From assembly GCA_039638295.1 (NCBI GenBank), contig JBDIWJ010000010.1:1-42871 (forward strand): a stretch of DNA of 42,871 nucleotides, given 5' to 3'. The translations under genes were made by a program, and so were the position numbers. The notes under the pieces were generated by a model. The model worked only from the letters and a program-made list of their open reading frames with translations, did no database searches and was not told the DNA's origin. Each line of letters opens with the position of its first letter. Positions within the stretch are counted from its first letter, which is position 1. Origin of the DNA: Candidatus Phoenicimicrobium oleiphilum (GTDB lineage Bacteria > Atribacterota > Phoenicimicrobiia > Phoenicimicrobiales > Phoenicimicrobiaceae). This document shows positions 1 to 9,805 of the stretch, in pieces.

Positions 1-1
1 G

Positions 2-1156
2 ACCTCTAATGCCCTTGAACTGGCAATAGATCAAATGGAAAAATTTATTGATAATATTCCTAAAAAAGTTAAGAAATTAGAGTTTTCGGAAATAAATGAA
101 GATTTTAAACCACAATATTATTCCTATCTGGTTGATGAAGTTATTTCTTCTTTAGAGACAAAAGGCATAGAGATAAAAAACAAAGACGAATTAAGGAAGG
201 AACTTATAAAGATTGCTGGCACCCCCAGCTTTGAATTTGAAAAAGATACTGAGGAGTTTGTAAATGAAATTTTAGCCATATCTTCTCTGGAGATTGAAGA
301 TTTAGGAATAGATAGTTCAGATTTAGCCCCCATACTTACAGTCTATATAACGGAGAAAAAATCTCAAGATGAATTAATAAAAGAATTGATGGAAAAGATA
401 AAATTACCAGAGGATGATGCTATCTATCTTCAAGAAGTATTAGAAGATTCTAAGAAAATTATTCAAGATAGAGAAAAAATAAGGTTTGCCCAGATTGAAA
501 CAGAGAAACTTGTAGGAGAAAGATTAAATGATGAGGATAAGGACATTTTATGGTATCTGCTGGATAAGGAAGTTTACATCCCAGATGATAAGGGAAATAT
601 AGAAGTCTCTTTTCAGCTCACCGGAATCCCGGTAATTAGCGATAGAATAAACGATAGTCTATTCAAAGGGCAGATAAAGAGTTTAATTGTCGCCTTTTTT
701 ACTGTATGTGTCATGCTTATGCTTCAATTTAGCTCTCCTACTTTGGGACTTATTGCTATGATACCTATTGCTCTAACCGTGATTACAGCCTTTGGGACGA
801 TGGGTTTTTTCAATATTGATTTAAATATAGGCACTATAATGGTTGCCAGCATTGCTATAGGGGCAGGAATTGATTATACCATCCATTATATTTCTCGCTA
901 TAAAAATGAGTTGAAAAGAAGAACGAAAATTGAAGCTATGAAAATTGCTTTAACGGGAACTGGTCGAGCAATTATATTTAATTCTCTCTCGGTTGCGGCA
1001 GGAGTTTTTGTGCTTGCCTTTTCAGATATTGGTATGATAGCAATGTTTGGTAAACTTATTGGAAGTGTGATGCTTCTAAGCGTAATCTATACTTTAACTT
1101 TATTGCCTATTCTATTAAATAATATAAAACTTAAAAAGGAGGGAAAAAAGAAATGA
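2..1156 (+). CDS. MMPL/RND-family transporter, C-terminal part (5'-truncated by window edge)
   Basis: Frame is open from position 2. C-terminal TM helices with GAGIDYTIHYISRY and TGRAIIFNSLS motifs typical of MMPL/RND exporters. Confidence 0.9.
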   Translation, partial: TSNALELAIDQMEKFIDNIPKKVKKLEFSEINEDFKPQYYSYLVDEVISSLETKGIEIKNKDELRKELIKIAGTPSFEFEKDTEEFVNEILAISSLEIEDLGIDSSDLAPILTVYITEKKSQDELIKELMEKIKLPEDDAIYLQEVLEDSKKIIQDREKIRFAQIETEKLVGERLNDEDKDILWYLLDKEVYIPDDKGNIEVSFQLTGIPVISDRINDSLFKGQIKSLIVAFFTVCVMLMLQFSSPTLGLIAMIPIALTVITAFGTMGFFNIDLNIGTIMVASIAIGAGIDYTIHYISRYKNELKRRTKIEAMKIALTGTGRAIIFNSLSVAAGVFVLAFSDIGMIAMFGKLIGSVMLLSVIYTLTLLPILLNNIKLKKEGKKK

Positions 1157-1923
1157 AATTAAGATTTAAAATTTTTATTTTCACGATATTTGTCTTATTA
1201 CTTTCTATAAATGTTATAGTATCTGCTATAACAGTGGATGAAATTATGGATAAGATGGAAGAGAAAGCGCCTGATTTTACTACTCAGAAAACTATTTCCG
1301 AAATGATTTTAATTGACCAGAAAGGTAAAGAAGAAGTAAGAGAGATGATAATGTTCTCTCGAAAAGGAGAAGATGAAAAGACCAGTACTCTTATGAGATT
1401 TCTCTCTCCTAAATCGGTAAAAGGTGTAACTCTTCTGAACATTGATGACGGAGAAAAAATCTATTTGTATATGCCTGCCTATGATAAACCCAGGAGAATT
1501 GCTGGCTCTTCCAAACAAGAAGAATTTATGGGTACAGGCCTTTCTTATGAAGATATGAGTATGGATTATAAGGACAAAGATTATGAAAAAAAACTACTTG
1601 AAGAGACAGATAGTGAATATATTGTAAAGATTATGCCAAGTGGAGAAGATGTTTCTTATAAAAAGATTATTCTCCATATAGATAAAGAAAAATTTTATGC
1701 TAAAAAAGTTGAATTTTATAATACGAACGAAAATCTTACTAAAACTTTGGAAATTAATAAGATACGCATTGATGAAAATGGAAAGATCACCCCCCTGGAG
1801 ATAGAGTTTACTGATATAGAAAAAAACAAGAAAACAAAAATTGTTATTAAAGAAATAGAATATAATATAGAATTATCATCTGGTTTCTTTAGTATCAGGA
1901 CATTGAAGAAGCCGACACTTTAA
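1153..1923 (+). CDS. Outer-membrane lipoprotein-sorting (LolA-like) periplasmic protein
   Basis: Signal peptide; RFLSPKSVKG, YLYMPA..RRIAGS and FMGTGLSYED motifs; ATGA overlap with the MMPL gene. Confidence 0.85.
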   Translation: MKLRFKIFIFTIFVLLLSINVIVSAITVDEIMDKMEEKAPDFTTQKTISEMILIDQKGKEEVREMIMFSRKGEDEKTSTLMRFLSPKSVKGVTLLNIDDGEKIYLYMPAYDKPRRIAGSSKQEEFMGTGLSYEDMSMDYKDKDYEKKLLEETDSEYIVKIMPSGEDVSYKKIILHIDKEKFYAKKVEFYNTNENLTKTLEINKIRIDENGKITPLEIEFTDIEKNKKTKIVIKEIEYNIELSSGFFSIRTLKKPTL

Positions 1924-1925
1924 AA

Positions 1926-2075
1926 TAGTCGTTAGTGAATAGTATTTAGTGAAGAAAAATAACGTAGAGCGTATTGCGTTAGGGATTAGTTAGTTGGTTA
2001 TCTAGTTATCTGGTTAATTAGTTGAAGAATTAATATCAAACCAGTTAACTAGATAACCAAATAACCAAATAACTT
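1926..2075. repeat. Composite heptamer/octamer tandem array with inverted octamer arms
   Basis: TAGTNNN x4 (1926-1953), CGTNNNG x3 (1963-1983), TRGTTANN x4-5 (1987-2026) and the reverse arm NNTAACYA (2036-2075). Confidence 0.8.
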
Positions 2076-2099
2076 ATAATAAAGGAGAAAAACATAATT

Positions 2100-3329
2100 A
2101 TGAAAAAAAATATTTTTTTGGTAATATTTATTATTTTGTTATTTTCAGCTTCTGCTAATGCCGGAGATTTCTCTGGAAGTTTGACTTATTCTGGTCAATA
2201 CAGCCTTAGTGAACAAAAATTAAGTAATACTCTAAATTTAGATCTTAACTACATTCATAGTTTTACTGATGAAGTTTTTGCTGAAGGAGACTTGGTACTC
2301 AAATATAGTGATAGATCTTTCATGCCCTTTACAATAATACCTAAAGAAATTTACTTAGGTGCTTATGATCTCATTCCCCAAGTCGATATCAGGGCAGGTA
2401 AATTAATTGTAAATTGGGGTTCAGCAGATATACTCAGCCCTTTAGATAATTTTAATCCCCTACCTCCCAGAATGTCTTTTACTACTATACCCCAGAAAAA
2501 CGGAGTATTAGCTTCTGATATAACTTACTATTTTAATGATATTACTTATTTACAGGCAATAGTACTGCCTTCTTTTGTCCCTTCTTATATGCCAGAAAAA
2601 TATGAAGAGCAAATGTATCTTTCTATGTTCACCCCCCAATTCCAGGCTCAAGGAATAGAAATAAGCTCAATTAATATAACTCATAACACTCCGGAAAACC
2701 CAGTTTGGGGAATAAAATTAGGAAGAAGTTTTACTTCATTTGATGCCGCTATCAGTTACTATAATGGTTATTATTTAAATGCTTATCCCGAAAGCATACA
2801 AGTTGTTCCAGAACCTTCCGGAATGTCTCTGGATTTAGGATTAGGATATCCCAAGAAAGATGTTCTTGGTCTTGAATTCCAGGGAGATTTTCCTGGTATT
2901 GAAGGAGCTACTCTAAGAGGAGATTTAGCTTATATAATCCCCCAAACCTGGCAAGTTCAAGGTGAAGATATGCTAAAAGATTCCTATCTAAAAGCAGTAA
3001 TCGGCGCAGATTATACTACCTCTTTTGACCTTTATTTAAATATAGGCTTTATCTGGGGCTTTGCCTTCGAAGAAGGAGATCAATGTTCTCCTTATATTTC
3101 TTTAAATGCCAGAAAAGACTTCGAAGATAGTAAATTTACTCCTAATTATTTAGGCATAATCAGCCTTCAAGACAGAAGTATGATAAATTCTATTGGTGCC
3201 AGTTATGATTTTACCGATAATTTTTCAATTACTCTTTCTTATGTTTCTGTTTCTGGTGACCAAACTTCAAAGCTGGGACAGTTGAGGAGTGCAGAGGGAC
3301 TATACTTGATGGGAGAGTGGTCTTTTTAA
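2100..3329 (+). CDS. Putative outer-membrane beta-barrel protein (DUF1302-like)
   Basis: Signal peptide, IRAGKLIVNWGSAD..SPLD motif, aromatic-rich beta-strand pattern, C-terminal Phe (LMGEWSF), AAGGAG RBS. Confidence 0.7.
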   Translation: MKKNIFLVIFIILLFSASANAGDFSGSLTYSGQYSLSEQKLSNTLNLDLNYIHSFTDEVFAEGDLVLKYSDRSFMPFTIIPKEIYLGAYDLIPQVDIRAGKLIVNWGSADILSPLDNFNPLPPRMSFTTIPQKNGVLASDITYYFNDITYLQAIVLPSFVPSYMPEKYEEQMYLSMFTPQFQAQGIEISSINITHNTPENPVWGIKLGRSFTSFDAAISYYNGYYLNAYPESIQVVPEPSGMSLDLGLGYPKKDVLGLEFQGDFPGIEGATLRGDLAYIIPQTWQVQGEDMLKDSYLKAVIGADYTTSFDLYLNIGFIWGFAFEEGDQCSPYISLNARKDFEDSKFTPNYLGIISLQDRSMINSIGASYDFTDNFSITLSYVSVSGDQTSKLGQLRSAEGLYLMGEWSF

Positions 3330-3913
3330 TGGACGAAAATATTAATAAAAAAGAAAATATATTAGAAGCTGCGAGGGAAATTTTTTTTAAAAAGAGTTTT
3401 TATGAAGCTACTATGGATGATATTGCCCACCTTTCGGGAGTAAAAAAATCTACTATCTATTATTATTTTCCTTCTAAAATAGATTTAGCTTCCGAACTTA
3501 TGGAAGTAAATGTAAAAAAGATTTTTGAAAAAATTAACGAAATAATTTTTGCAACAGATGACATTAAAAAACGGGTTAAGATGATGATAGATTTTTATAT
3601 AAATCTTTTGGAAGAGAATACTAAAATTTTCATTGTTATGGAAAGAATCGGTTATGATTTTATGCAAAAGGAAGAAAGCAAGAAGAAAATAAATGAGCTT
3701 TTTAAAAGATTACGAAAAAAACAGAAAGAAGCAGGCGACCTGTTTGGAGAAGTCATTTTATCTTCTGGTAAAAGAGTAAGCGGAGACCTGTTTTTATATT
3801 CTTTGGTTGCTGCCTTAGGAAGAGCTATCTTTGAAAATGTATCCCAGGGAAGAAAACCAAAGAAAGATGATCTCCTGGCTATCGGGAATATTTTTATAGC
3901 TTCAGTTAGATAA
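3329..3913 (+). CDS. TetR/AcrR-family transcriptional regulator
   Basis: ILEAAREIF..ATMDDIA..GVKKSTIYYYFPSK HTH. ATG at 3329 overlaps the upstream TAA. Confidence 0.93.
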   Translation: MDENINKKENILEAAREIFFKKSFYEATMDDIAHLSGVKKSTIYYYFPSKIDLASELMEVNVKKIFEKINEIIFATDDIKKRVKMMIDFYINLLEENTKIFIVMERIGYDFMQKEESKKKINELFKRLRKKQKEAGDLFGEVILSSGKRVSGDLFLYSLVAALGRAIFENVSQGRKPKKDDLLAIGNIFIASVR

Positions 3914-3936
3914 ATTAGTCGTTAGTAAAGAAAATG

Positions 3937-3960
3937 CAAGATTGTCAGGAGATAAAGTTT
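3937..3960. repeat. Solo end of the CAAGATTGTCAGG inverted-repeat element
   Basis: CAAGATTGTCAGGAGATAAAGTTT matches the reverse complement of the right end of the 24534-24626 element. Confidence 0.6.
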
Positions 3961-3981
3961 CACAAATTTTCGCTTTTTATT

Positions 3982-4995
3982 TTACCCTATACTGATTAAA
4001 AGAAGTAATTTTAGAGTATTGTGGTAATCTTCAATACTCATCATTTCTACCTGACTGTGGGTATATTTTACCGGAATGCATATTGGGAGTGAATTTAATC
4101 CCGCTTCAAAAGCGGCCGCGGCATCAGTACTTCCTCCGGTTACAATCTCCTGAACTTTTATTTTATTTTTTTGAGCAATTTCTTTTACAAAATTCCTGAG
4201 TTTTAAGGAAGATACTCCTTTTCTATCTGCCAATCTAATTACCGGGCCTCCCCCAGTACGAGCAGGACTCTGATGAAAGTCCCCCCAGGGGAGATTACCT
4301 GCAGAAACAGTATCTAAAGTATAAATTTCATCGAAAGAATTTCGAGCAGAAAAAGCTTGAGCCCCTCGTAATCCGGTCTCTTCCTGTATAGTCCAGACTA
4401 AGGTCACAGTATTTTGGGGAGAATTATGGAGAAATTCCTCTAAAAGAAGAAGATTTAGTGTGCATCCTACTCTATCATCAAGAGCTCGGGTAACTACATA
4501 TTTTTCACCAAGAATGGTAAAATCCTTCTTTAATCTGGCTGGCAAAATAGGGATAATCCCTCTTTCAGTCGCTTCCTGATCACTTTCTACCCCTATATCT
4601 ATATATAGTTCATCCCAATTTAATACTTTCTCAAATTCTTCTTTCTTAGATAGATGTGGTGGTTTAAGCCCAATTATACCCTGAACCATCCCCTGGTCAG
4701 TTAATATTTCCGCTACCCGATTATAGACCCCTCTGACATCCCAACCACCTATCGGCTTAAATCTCAGATAGCCATTATTCTCAACATAATTAATTAAAAA
4801 TCCAAGCTCATCCATATGAGCCATAAAGGCAATTCTTTTTCCTCCACTTCCTACTGTAGTGGAAAGGTTGCCTACTTCATCTTCTTTAAATTTTACTTGA
4901 GGGAATAATTCTTTGATCTTTTCTCTTATTGGTTCCTCAAAGCCACTTATCCCGAAAGTATCTACCAATTCTTTTAATACCTTAATTTTATCCAT
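3982..4995 (-). CDS. M42-family metallo-aminopeptidase (TET-like)
   Basis: AHMDELG, RALDDRVG, QEETGLRGA, GGSTDA and YTHSQVE motifs. Confidence 0.93.
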   Translation of the reverse strand: MDKIKVLKELVDTFGISGFEEPIREKIKELFPQVKFKEDEVGNLSTTVGSGGKRIAFMAHMDELGFLINYVENNGYLRFKPIGGWDVRGVYNRVAEILTDQGMVQGIIGLKPPHLSKKEEFEKVLNWDELYIDIGVESDQEATERGIIPILPARLKKDFTILGEKYVVTRALDDRVGCTLNLLLLEEFLHNSPQNTVTLVWTIQEETGLRGAQAFSARNSFDEIYTLDTVSAGNLPWGDFHQSPARTGGGPVIRLADRKGVSSLKLRNFVKEIAQKNKIKVQEIVTGGSTDAAAAFEAGLNSLPICIPVKYTHSQVEMMSIEDYHNTLKLLLLISIG

Positions 4996-5007
4996 TTCTA
5001 CCTCCTA

Positions 5008-5042
5008 AAAATGAAACAGAAAACAGTCCTCTGTTCCATTTT
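5008..5042. repeat. AGAACC(G/A)TCC-type palindromic repeat, copy 1
   Basis: AAAATGAAACAGA-AAACAGTCC-TCTGTTCCATTTT hairpin abutting the tldE stop codon. Confidence 0.65.
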
Positions 5043-6386
5043 TTAAAAACTTGTTTTGCTAGAAAAAGTAAAATTATTGGTTCTGAGATAGGGGGCAACT
5101 GTTGGGCCAACAAACCCTTCCTTTGTCTGTCTCTCTGTAGAAATCATATCTACTCCCTTTAACATATCTATTACACTGGTATTAAATCTCATATTCTTTA
5201 TTGCCCTGCCTATCTTACCATCTTCTATTAAGAAAGTGCCATCACGGGTCATCCCGGTTAATTGAATACTCATAGGATTAAGTATATTAACATAATGCAA
5301 TCGGGAAATATAGATACCCTTTTTGGTACATGAGATCATCTCTTCAACAGAATTCTCTCCTTCTTCCATCACCAGATTAAAGGGGAGGGCTCCAAAAGAA
5401 GCATATTCTGGCGAAAGGGTATTTCCGGTGCATTTTTTATTATATTTCAATGCAGTAAGATAGTCATAAACTCCGTCTTTAACTACCCCATCTTTTACAA
5501 GATATATCTTTCTCCGAGGATAACCCACCAGATCAAAAGGTATAGGCATAGTGAATCTATCCAAAGGATCATCAGCAACAGTTATATTTTCTGGAAAAAT
5601 ATTTTTGTCTTGATTATGGCAGACGAAACTCTTGCCTTCCATAATTAACTTACCGTTAAAAGCAGTATAGCCAGTATAGTTTAATATTTCCGCAACAGCT
5701 TCCGGAGAAAGGATAACTGTATACATCCCCGGCTCAATTTCTATCTGTTCTACATTTTTTAAAGCAGTCTCTAATAACACATCAATTATTTTATCTATAT
5801 CAAAATTATTAATATCACTATCTATAAATGAGGTATGAGCTGTAGAGTTATCTCTGGTGATAACACAATTAAAATCTGCCTTAGTACCCCTATCAAAGGC
5901 AAACACCCCTTCTGAATTTGCTACCAGAAAGGTAGATTCTTCTGTTCTAAAAGCTCCCGCTGCCTCATACCCTCTATGATTTACTTCTTTTATTAGTTGT
6001 TTTACTAATTGAGCTCTATTTAAAGGAGTAAAATTCGCTGTCTTTTCAGAATATTTACTTTTTATACTATAACTTTGAGGTGTCACCAGACGGTAATGGT
6101 AATCTAATTTAGGGGCAATTTTAGCTATTTCGATTGCCTTTTCTATATTTTTTGAAATAGTGGACTCATCGAGACTATTCATCTGTACTGAGCCAATTCT
6201 ATCTTCATATATTACCTTTACAGTTAAACTCAGATTTGTTTCTGCTACATTTTGGTGGATGTAAGATTCTGCAAATCTGGTAAGTTCACTTTTATACCCT
6301 GAAGTAATTATTTCGAAATCATAATTTTTCTTAAGAATATTCTTAACCTTATTAACAAGTTCTTTCCCGGAATCTATATCTATCAT
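5043..6386 (-). CDS. pmbA: TldE/PmbA-family protein
   Basis: LTRFAESYIHQN, PFDLVGYP, LTGMTRDGTFLIEDGKI motifs; no HExxxH. Start re-called to ATG 6386 (ATGA overlap with tldD stop). Confidence 0.88.
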   Translation of the reverse strand: MIDIDSGKELVNKVKNILKKNYDFEIITSGYKSELTRFAESYIHQNVAETNLSLTVKVIYEDRIGSVQMNSLDESTISKNIEKAIEIAKIAPKLDYHYRLVTPQSYSIKSKYSEKTANFTPLNRAQLVKQLIKEVNHRGYEAAGAFRTEESTFLVANSEGVFAFDRGTKADFNCVITRDNSTAHTSFIDSDINNFDIDKIIDVLLETALKNVEQIEIEPGMYTVILSPEAVAEILNYTGYTAFNGKLIMEGKSFVCHNQDKNIFPENITVADDPLDRFTMPIPFDLVGYPRRKIYLVKDGVVKDGVYDYLTALKYNKKCTGNTLSPEYASFGALPFNLVMEEGENSVEEMISCTKKGIYISRLHYVNILNPMSIQLTGMTRDGTFLIEDGKIGRAIKNMRFNTSVIDMLKGVDMISTERQTKEGFVGPTVAPYLRTNNFTFSSKTSF

Positions 6387-7819
6387 TTGGAAGCACCTAC
6401 CTTTACCTTTCTGAATCTTGCCGGGGATGTGCCATGTGCCACATGCATCGTTTGACTCGGCTGCCCTTTGCCACAATTTGGTACCCCCCAGATATGCCAA
6501 TATTTTTCAGAGCTTATTCCATCACAAGATCTCCAAAATTCTGGAGTTATACCTTGATAGACTGCATTTTTATAAATTCTCCCTAACTTGCCATTTTTTA
6601 TTTCCCAAGCAATCTCCGTACCAAATTGGAAATTTATCCTCTTGTCATCTATACTCCAACTCTTATTATAATCTAAATATAAACCTTCCTTTATATCTCC
6701 TATAAGCTCATCCAGCTCTAAGTTACCGGGTAACAAGTTAATATTAGTCATTCTAACCAGGGGTATTCTATTCCAACTTTGTGCCCGGGCAGCACCATTA
6801 CTTGTAAGTCCCAATTTGAAGGCATCTTCCCTCGATGTTAAATAACCCACAAACTTTCCTCTTTTTACTAGATAAGTTTTAGAGGCAGGAACACCTTCGT
6901 CATCATAACCAAAAGTTCCTAATCCTCCTGGAACAGTTGCATCAGCCACTATGGTCACCTCTGGACTCCCATAAGTGAAATTATTTAATTTGTCCAGGGT
7001 TAAGAAACTTCCTCCCGCATAGCTAATTTCCTTCCCTAAAACCCGGTCTAACTCTACCGGATGCCCACAGGATTCATGAACCTGGAGGGCAAGTTGAGAG
7101 CCTCCTAAAACAATATCCATTGTACCAATAGGAGCAGGTAGAGCAGTTAACAATTGATTAGCTTCTTCTGCAACTCTTGGAGCATTTTCTAATAGATTCA
7201 TCTCCTCGATAAATTCATAGCCTCGAGTAGCATAATCTCCTCCAAAACTGGAAGGATAAGAGCGTTTTTGAAAATCCCCTTCGCCAATAGCATAAGCTAC
7301 AATCCCCCCTCCAGATTCGAATATAGTCTGCTCGACTTCAGAACCTTCGGTAGACATAAATATTTTATGGGTCTTATAAAAACTAAGTGAGCCTTCACTT
7401 TTCTTCACTTTATCTTTTAACATAACTTTAGTAGATTTTGCTAAAAGGTCTATCTTTTCTGCAGGACTAACCTGAAAGGGATCTTTGATTATGGGAGTAG
7501 TATAAGTATCAATATGTTTATCCTCAGGAGCTAGTTTAATGTCTTCTTTTTTACTAAGGGCAGAGGCTCGGGCAATGTCTAAAGCCTTAGCAGCTGTTTT
7601 TAGTAAAGATATTTTGTCTAAATTATTAGAAGCAGCAAACCCCCAGGCACCATCAGCCAATACCCGCATTCCTACTCCTCGATTAGTTAAAACATTATAG
7701 GAAGACAATATACCATCTTCTACTTCGATGTTCTCCTCTTCAGTTTGAACAAATCTCAAATCGGCATAGTTTACCTTTGGTTCTAACCAATCTAAAATAT
7801 TTTTTAATATCTCTTTCAT
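6383..7819 (-). CDS. tldD: TldD-family metalloprotease
   Basis: QVHESCGHPVELDR zinc motif, PLVRMTNINL, CGKGQP. Start could be 7819, 7828 or 7831. Confidence 0.92.
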   Translation of the reverse strand: MKEILKNILDWLEPKVNYADLRFVQTEEENIEVEDGILSSYNVLTNRGVGMRVLADGAWGFAASNNLDKISLLKTAAKALDIARASALSKKEDIKLAPEDKHIDTYTTPIIKDPFQVSPAEKIDLLAKSTKVMLKDKVKKSEGSLSFYKTHKIFMSTEGSEVEQTIFESGGGIVAYAIGEGDFQKRSYPSSFGGDYATRGYEFIEEMNLLENAPRVAEEANQLLTALPAPIGTMDIVLGGSQLALQVHESCGHPVELDRVLGKEISYAGGSFLTLDKLNNFTYGSPEVTIVADATVPGGLGTFGYDDEGVPASKTYLVKRGKFVGYLTSREDAFKLGLTSNGAARAQSWNRIPLVRMTNINLLPGNLELDELIGDIKEGLYLDYNKSWSIDDKRINFQFGTEIAWEIKNGKLGRIYKNAVYQGITPEFWRSCDGISSEKYWHIWGVPNCGKGQPSQTMHVAHGTSPARFRKVKVGASK

Positions 7820-7834
7820 ACAAAACATCATCTC

Positions 7835-8830
7835 CTAACTAATTAAATGACAGGCAACTTGATGCCCTAAATCTATTTCTTTTAAAATAGGTTCATCTTC
7901 TTGGCATTGAGGTTTAACATAAAGACATCGGGGATGGAATCTACAGCCTGAAGGGATATTAGCAGCTGAAGGTATTTCTCCTTTAATAGGAACTTCTTTG
8001 ATAGTATTAGACTTACCAGGAATAGGTTCACAAACAGCAGCAATTAAGGCTTTAGTATAAGGATGAAAAGCATTATCAATAATTTCATCTGCTCCTCCCA
8101 TCTCTACAATCTTCCCTAAATACATAACTGCTATTCGATCCGTAAAATAACGCGCTGTAGAAAGGTCATGGGTTACATAGAGATAAGTCAGTCCTAATTC
8201 TCTTTGCACAGTCTTCATCATATGAAGTATCTCTGCCCTGGTAGAAAGATCAATCATAGAAACCGGTTCATCAGCTACTATCATACTCGGAGACAAGACT
8301 AGAGTCCTTGCAGTTGCCACTCTTTGACGTTGTCCCCCACTTAACATATGAGGGAAACGCTCCATAAATTCCTCAGGAGGGATAAGCCTTACTTCCTCCA
8401 AAGCACGACGAATAATTTTTTCTCTTTCTGCTCTGGTTTCACCCATTTGATGGATAATTAATGGTTCTTCAAGGACATCTTGGGCTCGAAATCTCGGATT
8501 TATAGAAGCATAGGGATCCTGAAAAACCATCTGAACATTCCTTCGGTATTCTTTAAGTTTGTCAGCCTCAAGATGGGTGACATCTTTCCCTTTAAATATT
8601 ATCTTTCCCTCACTAGGTTCTAAAAGCTTCATAATTAATTTTCCAGTAGTAGTCTTCCCACATCCCGATTCACCCACTAGGCCAAAGATTTCTCCTTGGT
8701 TTATACTAAAAGTGATACCATCAACAGCTTTTATCCAGGTTCGTTCCCCTTTTAAGATTTGGGCTATAGTGCGTCTCACTGGAAACCACTCTTTAAGATT
8801 TTCAACTTTTAATATGGGTTCGCTAATCAT
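7835..8830 (-). CDS. oppF: Oligopeptide/dipeptide ABC transporter ATP-binding subunit
   Basis: GESGCGKT, LSGGQRQR and C-terminal GCRFHPRC. Confidence 0.92.
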   Translation of the reverse strand: MISEPILKVENLKEWFPVRRTIAQILKGERTWIKAVDGITFSINQGEIFGLVGESGCGKTTTGKLIMKLLEPSEGKIIFKGKDVTHLEADKLKEYRRNVQMVFQDPYASINPRFRAQDVLEEPLIIHQMGETRAEREKIIRRALEEVRLIPPEEFMERFPHMLSGGQRQRVATARTLVLSPSMIVADEPVSMIDLSTRAEILHMMKTVQRELGLTYLYVTHDLSTARYFTDRIAVMYLGKIVEMGGADEIIDNAFHPYTKALIAAVCEPIPGKSNTIKEVPIKGEIPSAANIPSGCRFHPRCLYVKPQCQEDEPILKEIDLGHQVACHLIS

Positions 8831-9803
8831 TGGTATTCCTCCAACAAGCTATCCAGTGTCCGGGCTCTACTTCAATTAAGGAAGGTATGTCTTTTTTACA
8901 CTTTTCCATTACCTCTAAACAACGTGGATGAAATCTGCACCCTGAAGGGGGATCAACCAAATCAGGGGGGGTGCCGGGGATAAAAGAAAGTTCCTCAACT
9001 TTTTCGTGGAGTCGGGGAGTAGCTTTAAGTAGTTTTTCGGTATAAGGATGAATTGGCCCTCTTTTACCGTAAATCTGTTCATTTGTTCCGATTTCTACCA
9101 ACTTACCAGCATACATTACTAATAAGCGGTCAGCAACTTCTGCTTCTGTAGCCAGGTCATGAGTAATAAAAATCACCGACAAACCTAATTTTTTCTTTAA
9201 TCTCTTTATAAGATTTATAATCTGCGCCTGAACCACTACATCTAAGGCAGTGGTGGGTTCATCACAGATTACAATTTCTGGTTCTAAAAAGAGGGCTGTG
9301 GCAATAACTACCCTTTGTTTCATACCTCCAGACAGTTCATGAGGGTATCTGCGAATTATATCCTCAGGAAGGCCTACTAAATTTAAATAATTTATTATCC
9401 TCTTTTTTGCCTGTAAATACTCCATCTCTTTATGTTCTTGTACAGTTTCCATCATCTGCTTACCAATAGTATATACTGGGGTAAGGCAATTCATCGCTCC
9501 CTGAAAGACCATAGAAATTTTTTCCCATCGTATCTTTTCTCTCATTTCATCTTCAGATAAGGGAATAATATCTTCCCCTTTTATTAAAATCCTACCACCA
9601 GTGATTTTACCTGGAGGAGGAATCATCTTCATCAACCCTAAAACAGTAGTTGTTTTACCACATCCTGACTCTCCAACCAAACCAAGGGTTTCTCCCTTTT
9701 TCAAGCTAAATGAAACATCATCAACCGCATAGACTTTCCCTTTACGAGTAAAAAAATTAATCTTTAGGTTTTCTACCTTCAAAATATCATTTGTATCTGC
9801 CAT
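8823..9803 (-). CDS. oppD: Oligopeptide/dipeptide ABC transporter ATP-binding subunit
   Basis: GESGCGKT, YPHELSGGMKQR, DEPTTALDV and GCRFHPRC. Confidence 0.92.
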   Translation of the reverse strand: MADTNDILKVENLKINFFTRKGKVYAVDDVSFSLKKGETLGLVGESGCGKTTTVLGLMKMIPPPGKITGGRILIKGEDIIPLSEDEMREKIRWEKISMVFQGAMNCLTPVYTIGKQMMETVQEHKEMEYLQAKKRIINYLNLVGLPEDIIRRYPHELSGGMKQRVVIATALFLEPEIVICDEPTTALDVVVQAQIINLIKRLKKKLGLSVIFITHDLATEAEVADRLLVMYAGKLVEIGTNEQIYGKRGPIHPYTEKLLKATPRLHEKVEELSFIPGTPPDLVDPPSGCRFHPRCLEVMEKCKKDIPSLIEVEPGHWIACWRNTND

Positions 9804-9805
9804 TT

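Noticed and set aside
1926..2075. CRISPR array
   Set aside because: Units are 7-8 bp and degenerate, with no unique spacers and no cas genes.
6387..6500. N-terminal extension of TldE
   Set aside because: It overlaps tldD coding sequence; ATG 6386 gives a standard ATGA coupling.
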